DNA of 64,000 nt from an uncultured Pelagibacteraceae bacterium (GCA_902552185.1 CACDFZ010000003.1:44970-108969); one strand, 5' to 3'. Positions 49,614-60,699 are shown, numbered from the stretch's first letter. Translations and numbers: made by a program. Notes: a model not told the origin generated them from the letters alone.

Positions 49614-50962
49614 CTATAGTTCCAAGTCGTTTTACCTTTTTCATCTTTTATATCAATACCTTCTTTGTTTAAATCATCTCTTATTTGATCAGCAAGTTTA
49701 TAATTGCCGATTTTTTTAGCTTCCTCGCGATCTTTAATTTTGCTTAATATATTATCTTTAGAGATTTTAACTTTACTTTTTTTGTACTCAGTTCTTTTTT
49801 CTACGCTTTCATTAAATAAGCCAATTAAACGACATGCTTTGTTAAATTCTTTTTTTTTATCTTTGTTTCCATTTTGTGATTGTTGAAACAACTCATGCAA
49901 TTTAGAGATATAAAGCGGGGTATTCATGTCATCTAATAAATCATTAAAACAATCAGGTGTTTTTTCACTTGGTTCAGAGGAATACATTGAGTACCATTTA
50001 TCTAAAGTTTTTGATTGTTCTGTGAGTAATTCGTTATTCCAATCCAATGGTTGTTTATATTGAGCGCTTAATAAAGATAAACGAACCACCTGTCCTGAAT
50101 ATTTTTTAGTTGCATCTTCTATTGTTGTTATATTGCCAAGTGATTTTGACATTTTTTCTTTATTCATAGTTACAAAACCGTTGTGTACCCAATAGTTAGC
50201 AAATTTATCTGTTCCATTATGAACACACGATTGAGCAATCTCATTTTCATGATGAGGAAAAATTAAATCTAATCCTCCACCATGTATATCAAAATTTTTA
50301 CCTAAATATTTTTCACTCATTACTGAACACTCTAAATGCCATCCAGGTCTACCTCTTCCCCATGGCGAGTCCCAACCAGGATCATTATTATCTGAAGGTT
50401 TCCAAAGAACAAAATCTAAAGGATCATTTTTTAATTTAGATACTTCAACTCTCGCACCAACTTTTAGATCATCTGGATTTTTATTTGAAAGCTTACCATA
50501 TTTTTTAAATGAACTTACTCTAAAAAAAACATGCCCCTCTTTTTCATAAGCAGCATTTTTTTCAATTAGATTTTTTGTCATGTTAATCATGCCTTCGACA
50601 TGGTTAGTTGCTCTTGGTTCTTTAGTCGGATTTAAACAAAATAAAATTTTACAATCTTTGTGAAATTTTTCTGTTACAGATTTTGTTAAATCTGAAATAC
50701 TTATTTTATTAGTTTTTGAAGCCTCAATAATTTTATCATCAATATCTGTTATATTTCTAACATAATTAACTTTTTTCTCCCCATAAAGTTCGATGAGTAT
50801 TCTGAAAAGAAGATCAAACACTACTAAAGCACGAGCGTTTCCAACATGTGGATTGTCATAAACAGTTGGTCCACATGCATATAAGGAGACTTTTTCTTTA
50901 TTAATTGGATTAAAAATTTCTTTTTTATTTGTAAGTGAATTAGTTAAGTATAAATTATTCAT
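49610..50962 (-). CDS. cysS: cysteine--tRNA ligase
   Basis: CGPTVY..PHVGN, GRPGWHLECS, HGGG.DLIFPHHENE and KMSKS motifs. Confidence 0.97.
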   Translation of the reverse strand: MNNLYLTNSLTNKKEIFNPINKEKVSLYACGPTVYDNPHVGNARALVVFDLLFRILIELYGEKKVNYVRNITDIDDKIIEASKTNKISISDLTKSVTEKFHKDCKILFCLNPTKEPRATNHVEGMINMTKNLIEKNAAYEKEGHVFFRVSSFKKYGKLSNKNPDDLKVGARVEVSKLKNDPLDFVLWKPSDNNDPGWDSPWGRGRPGWHLECSVMSEKYLGKNFDIHGGGLDLIFPHHENEIAQSCVHNGTDKFANYWVHNGFVTMNKEKMSKSLGNITTIEDATKKYSGQVVRLSLLSAQYKQPLDWNNELLTEQSKTLDKWYSMYSSEPSEKTPDCFNDLLDDMNTPLYISKLHELFQQSQNGNKDKKKEFNKACRLIGLFNESVEKRTEYKKSKVKISKDNILSKIKDREEAKKIGNYKLADQIRDDLNKEGIDIKDEKGKTTWNYR

Positions 50963-51692
50963 TGAATTTGCAAACTGGGATAGGATTCATTTTGTGTAAA
51001 TTTTTTTCTCTTATCTTTAAATATTTCTGATAGTTTGGATCATCTTTATTATCCATAGCTTTTTCAAGATCCTCATAACTCATTCCTAATTGTTGGACGT
51101 CGTTTCTACCATCATCCCACAATCCATCAGTTGGTTGAGAATTAATAATTTCATCTGATACCCCAAGATATTTACCTAATTCCCAAACTTGAGTTTTTGT
51201 ACAATCAGCTATTGGAGAAATATCTACGCCCCCATCACCATATTTAGTATAAAAGCCAACACCAAAATCTTCAACTTTATTCCCTGTTCCAACTACTATA
51301 CCAGAATTAGCTGCTGCTACTTGATATAGAGTTGCCATTCTTAACCTCGCTCTTGAATTTGCAAATCCATGTTCGTTATCAAAATTATTTAGAACTTCGG
51401 AAAAAGATCCAAATATTTTGTCCATCTCGATTAAGTGATGCTCAACGTTTTTAAATTTATCTTTTAACCATTTTGCATGCTTCAAGCTTAAATCATGTTG
51501 AGATTTTATTTGTTTAATTGGCATTGTTAACACAATTGTTTTTCTTCCTGTGTTTGCACATAACGTACTAACTACAGAAGAGTCTATGCCACCTGAAATG
51601 CCAACTACTAATGCTTTGGGATTAAAAGATGTATTTTCACAATAATTGTTGATCCAATCAGTGATAATTTTTGCTCTATTTTTTATTTCCAT
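50955..51692 (-). CDS. nadE: NH3-dependent NAD synthetase
   Basis: GISGGIDS, RARLRM and GFYTKYGDG motifs. Confidence 0.93.
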   Translation of the reverse strand: MEIKNRAKIITDWINNYCENTSFNPKALVVGISGGIDSSVVSTLCANTGRKTIVLTMPIKQIKSQHDLSLKHAKWLKDKFKNVEHHLIEMDKIFGSFSEVLNNFDNEHGFANSRARLRMATLYQVAAANSGIVVGTGNKVEDFGVGFYTKYGDGGVDISPIADCTKTQVWELGKYLGVSDEIINSQPTDGLWDDGRNDVQQLGMSYEDLEKAMDNKDDPNYQKYLKIREKNLHKMNPIPVCKFNE

Positions 51693-51743
51693 AATTAATA
51701 CACCTCCTCTTTTAAGGTCATGTCTTAATAATTACAATAATTA

Positions 51744-53126
51744 TTAAGACGCGGCTTGGATAATTTTTTTTGAATATTTTGAGTTTTTCTTAATTTCATC
51801 AGAAATTAAAAAAGCTAATTCTAACGCTTGATCAGCATTCAATCTTGGGTCGCAATGCGTTCTGTATCTATTAGATAAGTCGTTTTCAGATATTTTCTGT
51901 GCCCCACCTGTACATTCGGTCACATCCTGACCAGTCATTTCGACGTGTAATCCTCCGGCATAACTTCCTTCAGATTGATGTACGCCAAAAAAGTTCTTTA
52001 CCTCTTTTAAAATACTATCAAAAGGTCTTGTCTTAAATCCTGTAGCTGCTTTGATTGTGTTACCGTGCATAGGATCACATGACCATATTACATTTAATCC
52101 CTCTTTTTTAATTACCTTGATTAGTTTAGGTAAATATTTTTCCACGCTGTCTGCTCCAAATCTTGAAATCAAGGTCATTCTTCCTGGTTCATTTTCTGGG
52201 TTAAGAATATTACAGAGTTTTACAAGTTCCTCTGGTTTTAAGGTCGGACCACATTTTAAGCCTATTGGGTTTTTAATACCTCTGCAAAATTCAACATGAG
52301 CTCCGTCTGGTTGTCTTGTTCTATCTCCTATCCACACAAAGTGTGCTGATGTATCGTGATACTCTCCAGTAGTTGAGTCGACTCTTGTCATGGCTTCTTC
52401 AAATGGTAGTAAAAGAGCTTCGTGAGAAGTGTAAAAATTAACGGTTCTTAATCTTCTATTATTATCAGAATTTATTCCACAAGCTTGCATAAAAGCTAAA
52501 GCATCGCTAATTTTATCTTCAATCTCTTTGTATTTACCTTTAGTTTTATCTTTTATAAATCCTAAATTCCACAAATGAACTTGTCTTAGATCAGCAAACC
52601 CTCCTTGAGAAAAAGCTCTTAATAAGTTTAACGTTGATGCTGATTGTGAGTATGCTCTGAATAACCTTTTTGCATCTGGAACTCTTGTTTTTTCATTAAA
52701 ATCTACTCCATTAATATTATCACCTAAGTAGCTTGGTAATTCTTTTCCATCTTTTTTCTCTGTTGGAGCGCTTCTTGGTTTAGAGAATTGTCCGGCTATT
52801 CTTCCAACTTTAACGACTGGTACTGAAGCTGAAGCTGTTAAAACTAGTGACATCTGTAAAATTACTTTGAAAGTATCTCTAATATTGTCAGGATGGAATT
52901 CTGCAAAACTTTCTGCACAATCTCCACCTTGTAGAAGAAAGGCTTTACCTTCAACTACTTCTGCTAACGCCTTTTTTAAAGATCTTGTTTCTCCAGCAAA
53001 AACTAGTGGCGGATACTTTTGTATTTTACTTAAAACTAAATCCAGCTCTTTCTTATCTTCATAAGTAGGTAGATGTTTTGCAGGAAATTTACTCCAACTA
53101 TTTAATGTCCATTTTTTCATATTCAA
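51744..53126 (-). CDS. class II DAHP synthase
   Basis: [35 protein letters not shown] and CDPRLN motifs. Confidence 0.95.
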   Translation of the reverse strand: MNMKKWTLNSWSKFPAKHLPTYEDKKELDLVLSKIQKYPPLVFAGETRSLKKALAEVVEGKAFLLQGGDCAESFAEFHPDNIRDTFKVILQMSLVLTASASVPVVKVGRIAGQFSKPRSAPTEKKDGKELPSYLGDNINGVDFNEKTRVPDAKRLFRAYSQSASTLNLLRAFSQGGFADLRQVHLWNLGFIKDKTKGKYKEIEDKISDALAFMQACGINSDNNRRLRTVNFYTSHEALLLPFEEAMTRVDSTTGEYHDTSAHFVWIGDRTRQPDGAHVEFCRGIKNPIGLKCGPTLKPEELVKLCNILNPENEPGRMTLISRFGADSVEKYLPKLIKVIKKEGLNVIWSCDPMHGNTIKAATGFKTRPFDSILKEVKNFFGVHQSEGSYAGGLHVEMTGQDVTECTGGAQKISENDLSNRYRTHCDPRLNADQALELAFLISDEIKKNSKYSKKIIQAAS

Positions 53127-53183
53127 CCTATGATATGTATATAGAGTATAGAGATTAAATTTCCAATAGTTAAATTAGAGTAA

Positions 53184-55001
53184 TTACTCAACAGTAACAG
53201 ATTTAGCCAAGTTTCTTGGCTTGTCGATATCACATTTTTTTAAAAGAGCCACATGATAAGCTAATAATTGAAGTGGTATCGTTAATAAAAAAGGATTAAG
53301 CAGTTCATCTATAAAAGGCATTTCAATTTTGAATCTGATATTTTCATTAATTACTTCGTCATGTTTATCGGATATTAATAAAACCTTTCCTCCTCTTGCA
53401 ATAACTTCTTGCATATTAGAAATTGTTTTCTCAAAATATTTATCTTTTGGTGCTAAAATAATTACAGGAAGACCATCTTCAATCAAAGCTAGTGGACCAT
53501 GTTTCATTTCTCCAGCGGGGTAACCTTCAGCGTGAAGATAAGACAATTCTTTCAATTTTAATGCTCCTTCTAATGCTATAGGGAATGATGATCCTCTTCC
53601 TAAAAACATTGATCCTTTGGCTGATAAAAAGTCTTTAGCAAATATTTGAATTAGTTCCTCGGTCTTTAATGAATTCTCAATTCCTTGAGGTAAATTTTTA
53701 AGATTTTTAATTTTTTCAATATAATTTTTATCGTCAATATTCCCTCTTATTTTAGATATCTTTAAACTCATTATATACAAAACTAACATTTGACCTATAA
53801 AAGCTTTTGTAGATGCTACACCTATTTCTGGGCCCGCATGAATAGGGACAACCCAATCAGAATTCCTAGCTATTGAGCTTTCTACTACATTAATAACAGA
53901 ACAAGTTTTCATTTTATTTTTTTTAGCAATTTCTAAAGCTGCAGCTGTATCTGCTGTTTCTCCAGACTGAGACACAAATATGTATAAAGTATTAGGGTTA
54001 AATCTTATCTTTCTATATCTAAATTCTGAAGCCACCTCAGTTTCTACATTTAAATCTGTTAATTCTTCTATCCAATATTTAGCAACTTGGCATGAATGAT
54101 AGGCGGTACCACATCCAACAAGGAATATTTTATTAATTTTTTTTGGGTCAATAGGAAAATCATAAAGGTTTATATCATTTCTTATTTTGTCTATATATTC
54201 GTTCAAACAATTTTTAATAGTAGTTGGTTGCTCAAATATTTCTTTAGACATAAAATTTTTATAATCACCTAACTTTGCTTCATTTTTGTCTTCAGATAAA
54301 ACTAATATTTTTTTATTAATTTTATTTTTAGAAACATCAAAAAATTCAACACTATCTTTTGTTATCTTGCATATCTCTCCGTCATCCAAATAAGAAATTT
54401 TATTTGTCATAGCTTTAAGTGCATATGAGTCGGAACCTAAGTAATTTTCATTATTTGAGTATCCAACAGCAAGTGGGCTGCCTCGTCTAGCCCCTATAAT
54501 AATATCAGATTGATCTTTAAATAATATTCCAAGTGCAAAACTTCCTTCAAGATATTCTAAAGACTTTAATACTGCATCAATTGGATTTGAGTCTTTTAAA
54601 TATTTCGTTATCAATAATGTGATAACCTCAGTATCAGTTTGAGATTTAAATTTGTATCCCTCTTTTTCCAGTTTCTTTTTAAGAGAATTAGAATTTTCAA
54701 TTATTCCATTATGAACCACTGAAACTATTTCAGAAGAATGTGGGTGAGCATTAACTTCGTTCGGTATGCCGTGAGTAGCCCATCTCACATGGCCAATTCC
54801 TATATTGCCTTGAGCTGGAGAATTGAATAATATTTTTTCAAGCTCTTCAACTCTTCCAGAACATTTTTTTTCATTAAGATTTTTTTTAAATATTGTCGCA
54901 ATACCAGCAGAGTCATATCCTCTATATTCCAATCTTTTTAAAGAATTAATAATATTTGAGGTAACAGACTTGTTGCTCGCGATACCAATTATCCCGCACA
55001 T
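53184..55001 (-). CDS. glmS: glutamine--fructose-6-phosphate aminotransferase
   Basis: MCGIIG, LEYRGYDSAG, GHVRWATHG, SQSGETAD and KPRNLAKSVTVE motifs. Confidence 0.97.
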   Translation of the reverse strand: MCGIIGIASNKSVTSNIINSLKRLEYRGYDSAGIATIFKKNLNEKKCSGRVEELEKILFNSPAQGNIGIGHVRWATHGIPNEVNAHPHSSEIVSVVHNGIIENSNSLKKKLEKEGYKFKSQTDTEVITLLITKYLKDSNPIDAVLKSLEYLEGSFALGILFKDQSDIIIGARRGSPLAVGYSNNENYLGSDSYALKAMTNKISYLDDGEICKITKDSVEFFDVSKNKINKKILVLSEDKNEAKLGDYKNFMSKEIFEQPTTIKNCLNEYIDKIRNDINLYDFPIDPKKINKIFLVGCGTAYHSCQVAKYWIEELTDLNVETEVASEFRYRKIRFNPNTLYIFVSQSGETADTAAALEIAKKNKMKTCSVINVVESSIARNSDWVVPIHAGPEIGVASTKAFIGQMLVLYIMSLKISKIRGNIDDKNYIEKIKNLKNLPQGIENSLKTEELIQIFAKDFLSAKGSMFLGRGSSFPIALEGALKLKELSYLHAEGYPAGEMKHGPLALIEDGLPVIILAPKDKYFEKTISNMQEVIARGGKVLLISDKHDEVINENIRFKIEMPFIDELLNPFLLTIPLQLLAYHVALLKKCDIDKPRNLAKSVTVE

Positions 55002-55645
55002 TATTTTTTTTTCCTTTTGTAATTTTTTTTAATAATTTGTGGCGATCTAGTCAAAGCCAGTGAATTTTTTGTAATATTTTTAGTAATTACAGATCCCGCG
55101 CCTACTACAGAATTTTCCTCAATTACTAATGGTGCCACTAAAGAAGAGTTAGACCCTACAAATACATTTTTTTTGATTTTAGTTTTGTTCTTTTTAATTC
55201 CATCATAATTACATGTAATAGTACCAGCTCCGATATTACTATTTTCTCCAACTTCTGTATCGCCAATATAGGATAAATGGTTTACTTTGCTTTTAGATTT
55301 AATTTTAGAATTTTTTGTTTCTACAAAATTACCTACCTTCGAACCTGGTAAAAAATGTGATCCAGGTCTAATTCTTGCATAAGGCCCAACTATAACATTT
55401 TTTTCCAACTTGGCTCCTTCCAAATGGGAAAAAGATTTTATTGTAACATTATTTCCGATTTTAACTTTTGATCCAATAACAACATATGGTTCAATTTTTA
55501 CATTTTTGCCAAATGTCGTATCTTTGGATAGGAAAATTGTTTCTGGTGCGATTAACTCTACACCTTGGTTTAAGGCTTTTATTCTTAAGTTATCTTGTTC
55601 AGATCTATGTTTAATCGCTTTTTTAAGTTTTAAATTTGTTCTCAT
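55001..55645 (-). CDS. glmU: GlmU C-terminal (glucosamine-1-P acetyltransferase, LbH) domain only
   Basis: GPYARIRPG, VGNFVE, HLSYIGD, NIGAGTITCNYDG and FVGSNS motifs; only 214 aa, with no LAAGxGTRM uridyltransferase domain. Confidence 0.8.
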   Translation of the reverse strand: MRTNLKLKKAIKHRSEQDNLRIKALNQGVELIAPETIFLSKDTTFGKNVKIEPYVVIGSKVKIGNNVTIKSFSHLEGAKLEKNVIVGPYARIRPGSHFLPGSKVGNFVETKNSKIKSKSKVNHLSYIGDTEVGENSNIGAGTITCNYDGIKKNKTKIKKNVFVGSNSSLVAPLVIEENSVVGAGSVITKNITKNSLALTRSPQIIKKNYKRKKK

Positions 55646-55716
55646 AAAAAGTTCTCTTTACATTAGAAATGGATTATAAATAAGTCACAAAATATTTCTT
55701 TTTAAAACTTTAAAAA

Positions 55717-56379
55717 ATGACTCAAAACCTAACCATTTTATTTGATCTAGACGGAACAATTGTTAACACTGCACCAGATTTAATGTCTGCGCATAACCAC
55801 GTGATGAGAAAATTTGGTTTTGAAGAAAAAAAAATGGAAGATATAAAATCACTGGCTGGTAAAGGTGCATGGGTAATGATGCAAAGATCGTTTAAAGAAG
55901 AAATTAAAAGTGAAGAAACTAAAAAAGCAATGACTAAAGAGTTTATTGATTTTTATTCTAAAAATATTGATACATATAGTAAGCCATTAAAAGGATTAGT
56001 TAAATTTTTAGATTGGGCAAAAAATAAAAAAATCTCAATGGCCGTTTGTACAAATAAACAAGAGCGTTTAGCAATTGATTTATTGAAGAAATTAAATATT
56101 TACAAGTATTTTGAATATGTTGCAGGATCAGACACTTTTGCATTTAATAAACCTGATCCTAGACATTTAACAGATGTCGTTGAAATTATTGGTGGAGATT
56201 TAAATAAAACAATAATGATTGGTGACAGTGAAGTTGATGAGATGTCTGCACACAATGCTAAATTACCTTTTATTTTAGTAAAAGATGGCTACACAGAAAA
56301 ATCTGAAAATGAAATTAAGCATGACGCTTTAATTTCAGATTTTGTTGGCTTCGAGAAAGTCATAGAAAAATATTTATGA
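55717..56379 (+). CDS. gph: phosphoglycolate phosphatase (HAD)
   Basis: FDLDGT, CTNK, KPDP and MIGDSEVD motifs; divergent from glmU. Confidence 0.82.
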   Translation: MTQNLTILFDLDGTIVNTAPDLMSAHNHVMRKFGFEEKKMEDIKSLAGKGAWVMMQRSFKEEIKSEETKKAMTKEFIDFYSKNIDTYSKPLKGLVKFLDWAKNKKISMAVCTNKQERLAIDLLKKLNIYKYFEYVAGSDTFAFNKPDPRHLTDVVEIIGGDLNKTIMIGDSEVDEMSAHNAKLPFILVKDGYTEKSENEIKHDALISDFVGFEKVIEKYL

Positions 56380-56975
56380 TAACTTTTGCCCTATTCTCGG
56401 CGCTAGCAACTTTTTATTTTACTATGTTTATAACTCCTGGCCCAAATAATGCTATGTTAACTGCTTCTGGATTAAAATTTGGTTTTTTAAGAACCTTACC
56501 TCACGTAATAGGAATTCCACTTGGTCATATATTTCAAATAGGATTAACTTGTTTTGGTTTAGCAAATTTATTTTTAATTTATCCTCAGGTTCAATTTTAC
56601 ATGAAAATTTTATGTTTTTTATATTTACTTTACCTAGCTAAAACAATGATTGGTTCTTTTAGTATGATACAAAAAGAAACAGGTAGACCTCTCAAATTTT
56701 ACGAAGCTTCTATTTTTCAATTTATAAATCCTAAAGCGTGGTCAATAGCTGTAACCGTTGCCTCAGGTTTTTTTCCAACTGAAGAAAATATTTTTATAGG
56801 TGTTGCATTTGTTACAATTACTGCGGCAGCGATATGCTTTCCATCAATATGTGTTTGGGCTTTATTTGGTAGCGGTTTAAGAAAATTTGTTACAAATTTG
56901 AGAATTAAAAAAACAATCGAATATTTACTTGCAATACTGTTAATTTTAACAGGCTTATTTATTTTGCTTAAATAA
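56376..56975 (+). CDS. LysE/RhtB family translocator
   Basis: ITPGPNN and FQFINPKAW motifs. Confidence 0.88.
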   Translation: MITFALFSALATFYFTMFITPGPNNAMLTASGLKFGFLRTLPHVIGIPLGHIFQIGLTCFGLANLFLIYPQVQFYMKILCFLYLLYLAKTMIGSFSMIQKETGRPLKFYEASIFQFINPKAWSIAVTVASGFFPTEENIFIGVAFVTITAAAICFPSICVWALFGSGLRKFVTNLRIKKTIEYLLAILLILTGLFILLK

Positions 56976-57016
56976 TCTTTGATTTTTGTACTCTGCTCTA
57001 ATATACATTTTGGCAA

Positions 57017-57913
57017 ATGCACTTTACAAAAAAAACAGTAGCAGAAAAAAGATCTAACTTAATAAATAAATTACAATCAAAAAAACTATTGAGATTTCCA
57101 GGTGCTTATAACCCTCTATGTGCAAAATTAATTGCTGAAATCGGTTTCGATGGTGTTTATGTTTCTGGTGGAGTAATGTCAAATGACTTAGGACTACCGG
57201 ACATTGGTCTAACATCATTAGAACAGGTGAGCTATAGAAGTTCTCAAATAGCAAGAGTTACAGATTTACCCACGATAGTTGATATTGATACGGGTTTTGG
57301 TAATTGTAAAAAAACAATTGAAGTCTTTGAAGGTAAAGGTTTGGCTGGTTGTCATCTTGAAGATCAAGTTGCCGAGAAAAGGTGTGGTCATTTAGATAAC
57401 AAAGAACTTATTTCAATAGAGGAAATGGTTAAAAAAATTGAAGAATGTGTCAAATCAAGAAAAGACAAAAACTTTTTAATTATTGCTAGAACAGATGCAA
57501 ATACGGTTGAAGGTTTAGATAAAACAATTAATCGAATTAAAGCATATGAAGGTGCAGGTGCTGATATGATATTCCCAGAAGCTTTAAAAGATGAAAGAGA
57601 ATTTGAAAAAGTAAGAAAAAATTCAAAAGGCTATTTGCTAGCCAACATGACCGAGTTTGGTAAATCAAAATTATTAGATAAAAAACAACTAGAAACTTTA
57701 GGATATAATTTAGTTATTTATCCAGTAACAACTCAAAGATTAGCTATGAAAAGTGCAGAAGAAGGTCTGAAATCTATTTTTAAAGATGGTCACCAAAATA
57801 ATATAATAGACAAAATGCAGACTAGAAAAAGGTTGTATGAGCTCGTAGAATATGAGAAATACAATACGCCAGATAAGAAAATTACAGATTTTTCTACTGA
57901 GGGACATGAATAA
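57017..57913 (+). CDS. prpB: methylisocitrate lyase
   Basis: LGLPDIG, VDIDTGFG, EDQ..KRCGH and LANMTEFG motifs. Confidence 0.92.
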   Translation: MHFTKKTVAEKRSNLINKLQSKKLLRFPGAYNPLCAKLIAEIGFDGVYVSGGVMSNDLGLPDIGLTSLEQVSYRSSQIARVTDLPTIVDIDTGFGNCKKTIEVFEGKGLAGCHLEDQVAEKRCGHLDNKELISIEEMVKKIEECVKSRKDKNFLIIARTDANTVEGLDKTINRIKAYEGAGADMIFPEALKDEREFEKVRKNSKGYLLANMTEFGKSKLLDKKQLETLGYNLVIYPVTTQRLAMKSAEEGLKSIFKDGHQNNIIDKMQTRKRLYELVEYEKYNTPDKKITDFSTEGHE

Positions 57914-59037
57914 TGAGTGAAGAAATTAAAAAAGGTTTATTAGGAATAGTAGTTGATGAAACTACAATATCTCACGTTGTTCCAGAATTGAGTACGCTTA
58001 CTTACAGGGGCTATACGGTTCAAGAATTATGTGACAAATGTGATTTTGAAGAAGTGGCCTACTTAGTTTTACACGGAGAATTACCAAACAAAAAACAATT
58101 AAAAAAATTTATTAAAGATGAAAGATCAGAGAGAAAACTTTCAAAACATATTTTAAATGATATTCAAAAAATGCCAAAGACCGCGCATCCTATGGATGTT
58201 ATTAGAACTTGTGTTAGTTTGATGGCTTTAGAGGATAAAGACACAAAAGATAATTCTCCTAAAGCCAACATGAGAAAAGCAATGAGAATTTTTGCGAAGA
58301 CACCTACAGCAGTTGCGGCATATTTTAGGTATCGAAAAGGTAAAAAAATTATTTCCCCAGACAAGAAATTGTCATTTTCACAAAATTTTTTCAAAATGAT
58401 GTTTAATAAAGTTCCTGATAAAGAGATTGTTAGAGCTTTTGATATTTCTTTAATTCTTTATGCTGAACATAGTTTTAATGTTTCGACTTTCACTGCTAGA
58501 ACGATAACAAGTAGCTTGTCTGATTTACACGGCGCCATTACAGGAGCGATAGCCTCACTTAAAGGTCCTTTACATGGTGGAGCTAATGAAGCCGTAATGC
58601 ACATGATGAAAGAAATAAAAAAACCTGAAAAAGCTAAAGCTTGGATTGAAAATGCATTAGATAAGAAAAAGGTTATTATGGGATTTGGTCATAGAGTTTA
58701 TAGAACTGGAGACTCGAGAGTGCCTACTATGAAACATTATATGTTTAAAGTGGCAAAGCTTTTAAAAAAAGAGAAATATACTCAAATATACGAAATATTA
58801 GAAAAGGTTATGTTAGAGAAAAAGAATATACACCCTAATGTAGATTTTCCATGCGGACCCACTTATTACATGATGGGAATAGATATAGACTTTTATACTC
58901 CCATATTTGTAATGTCTAGAATTACAGGTTGGTCAGCTCATATAATGGAGCAACATGCTTCAAACAAATTGATTAGGCCACTATCAAAATATAAAGGGCA
59001 AGAAGTTAGAGAAGTAATGTTGCTAAATCAGAGATAA
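57913..59037 (+). CDS. prpC: 2-methylcitrate synthase / citrate synthase
   Basis: LYAEHSFNVST, GPLHGGANE, MGFGHRVY and IRP motifs; coupled to prpB. Confidence 0.88.
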   Translation: MSEEIKKGLLGIVVDETTISHVVPELSTLTYRGYTVQELCDKCDFEEVAYLVLHGELPNKKQLKKFIKDERSERKLSKHILNDIQKMPKTAHPMDVIRTCVSLMALEDKDTKDNSPKANMRKAMRIFAKTPTAVAAYFRYRKGKKIISPDKKLSFSQNFFKMMFNKVPDKEIVRAFDISLILYAEHSFNVSTFTARTITSSLSDLHGAITGAIASLKGPLHGGANEAVMHMMKEIKKPEKAKAWIENALDKKKVIMGFGHRVYRTGDSRVPTMKHYMFKVAKLLKKEKYTQIYEILEKVMLEKKNIHPNVDFPCGPTYYMMGIDIDFYTPIFVMSRITGWSAHIMEQHASNKLIRPLSKYKGQEVREVMLLNQR

Positions 59038-59682
59038 TTAAAATTCGATTACTGCAAACTTGCCTTCTATGATCCTTAAAGACAAATTTTCTTTTTTAAC
59101 ATAAGAGTCAATAGCTTTTTTAACATCCGTTATATAAGAAGCATCTTCGTAATCGTCACAGACAATTGTTCCCTTCTTACCTTTCATATTTTGATGAACG
59201 ATTTCAATATCATTCAATGTTGTTTCATAGCTATGGCCGCCATCAATAAAAGCAAAATCAATTTTTTTAATATCTAAATTTTTAAGTACTTTATTTGAGT
59301 TGCCTTTATAAAGGTAAACTTTATTTTCAAATTTTTTTAAAAATTTCTTCACACTCTCTAAGGAATTTAAATTTTCTTTTAAAAAAAAGTTGTAATAAAT
59401 ATGTTTTAAAGGGTTAGAAAATTTTTGGTGCTTGATATACGTTGGTTTTTTTTCGTCATTATCTTCGTTATCATCTCCAAAAAGGTCTATGCCCGTATAA
59501 GTAAAATTACCCTGCTGTATTATATTTAAAAACTCACAGATGTTTCTTGAAGTTACACCACAAAAAACGCCGATTTCTAAAAAGTGATGAGGTTTTTTTT
59601 GATAAATTAATTCAATTAATTTATTTCCCCATTTAGGGTTTAAACCAGTTTTGCGCCAATATTTTTTGAATCTAAAATCCAA
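59038..59682 (-). CDS. class I SAM-dependent methyltransferase (Methyltransf_24-like)
   Basis: FLEIGVFCG, FAFIDGGHSYET and VCDDY motifs. Confidence 0.8.
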   Translation of the reverse strand: MDFRFKKYWRKTGLNPKWGNKLIELIYQKKPHHFLEIGVFCGVTSRNICEFLNIIQQGNFTYTGIDLFGDDNEDNDEKKPTYIKHQKFSNPLKHIYYNFFLKENLNSLESVKKFLKKFENKVYLYKGNSNKVLKNLDIKKIDFAFIDGGHSYETTLNDIEIVHQNMKGKKGTIVCDDYEDASYITDVKKAIDSYVKKENLSLRIIEGKFAVIEF

Positions 59683-59688
59683 TAAATT

Positions 59689-60699
59689 TTATGAAAATGC
59701 TTCAACCCACGTTCCCTTAGTTGAAGCTTTAGAATATTCCGTAGCTCTACCTTCAAAAAAGTTCATGTGTTCAACTGCGTTAAGCATAGTATCTAACCAC
59801 GTTAACGGATTTTTTTTGACATCATAAATAGGTTCTAATCCTAATTGAACTAATCTTCTGTTTCCAATGAACCTAATATAATCTTTTACCTCTTGAGCTG
59901 TTAAACCTTTCATTGGACCCATCTCAAAAGCTAAATCAATAAAGGCGTCCTCATGCTCAACGATTGTTCTGCAAGCCTCGTAAAGCTCTTTTTTTAACTT
60001 AGGTGTCCAGATTTCTGGATTTTCTTTTATGAACTCTTTAAATATTCTAATCATTGAATTACAGTGTAGAGTTTCATCTCTTACGGACCAAGTTACTATT
60101 TGGCCCATACCTTTAAGTTTATTGTGTCTTGGAAAATTCAATAAAATTGCAAAGCTAGCAAATAATTGTAGTCCTTCTGTAAAGGCACTAAAAACTGCTA
60201 CAGTTTTTGCAATGTCCTCTTTTGAATTAACATTAAAACCTTGCATGTAATCGTATTTGTCTTTCATTTCTTTGTACTTCATGAAAGCAGAGTATTCTGA
60301 CTCAGGCATACCAATTGTATCTAATAAATGAGAATAAGCAGCTACATGAACGGTTTCCATAGATGCAAAGGCAGTCATCATCATTAATACTTCTGTGGGT
60401 TTAAAAACAGTAGTGTAATGTCTTAAGTAGCAATTGTTTACTTCTACGTCTGCTTGGGTGAAAAATCTAAAGATTTGCGTGACTAGATTTTTTTCAGGTT
60501 GAGATAAATTTTTTTGCCAATCTCTTACATCATCACCAAGTGGAACTTCCTCAGGTAACCAATGAATTCTTTGTTGTGTTAACCAAGCATCGTAACACCA
60601 CGGATATCTAAAGGGTTTATAAACAGGATTTTCTACTAATAATCCCATTTTTTTTGGCTCTATAATTTTCTTACTGTTTTCTTTTTTTGCTACTGACAT
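59689..60699 (-). CDS. nrdB: class Ia ribonucleotide reductase beta subunit
   Basis: HWLPEE, FFTQAD, ETVHVAAY, EGLQLFASF, RDETLH and NFFE..TEY motifs; start at ATG 60699 or 60708. Confidence 0.95.
   Translation of the reverse strand: MSVAKKENSKKIIEPKKMGLLVENPVYKPFRYPWCYDAWLTQQRIHWLPEEVPLGDDVRDWQKNLSQPEKNLVTQIFRFFTQADVEVNNCYLRHYTTVFKPTEVLMMMTAFASMETVHVAAYSHLLDTIGMPESEYSAFMKYKEMKDKYDYMQGFNVNSKEDIAKTVAVFSAFTEGLQLFASFAILLNFPRHNKLKGMGQIVTWSVRDETLHCNSMIRIFKEFIKENPEIWTPKLKKELYEACRTIVEHEDAFIDLAFEMGPMKGLTAQEVKDYIRFIGNRRLVQLGLEPIYDVKKNPLTWLDTMLNAVEHMNFFEGRATEYSKASTKGTWVEAFS

Noticed and set aside
54990-55010. glmS ribozyme
   Set aside because: The glmS start overlaps the glmU stop, so there is no leader
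55001-55716. glmU as a frameshifted pseudogene
   Set aside because: No upstream remnant of the N-terminal domain; the ORF is intact with catalytic motifs and coupled to glmS
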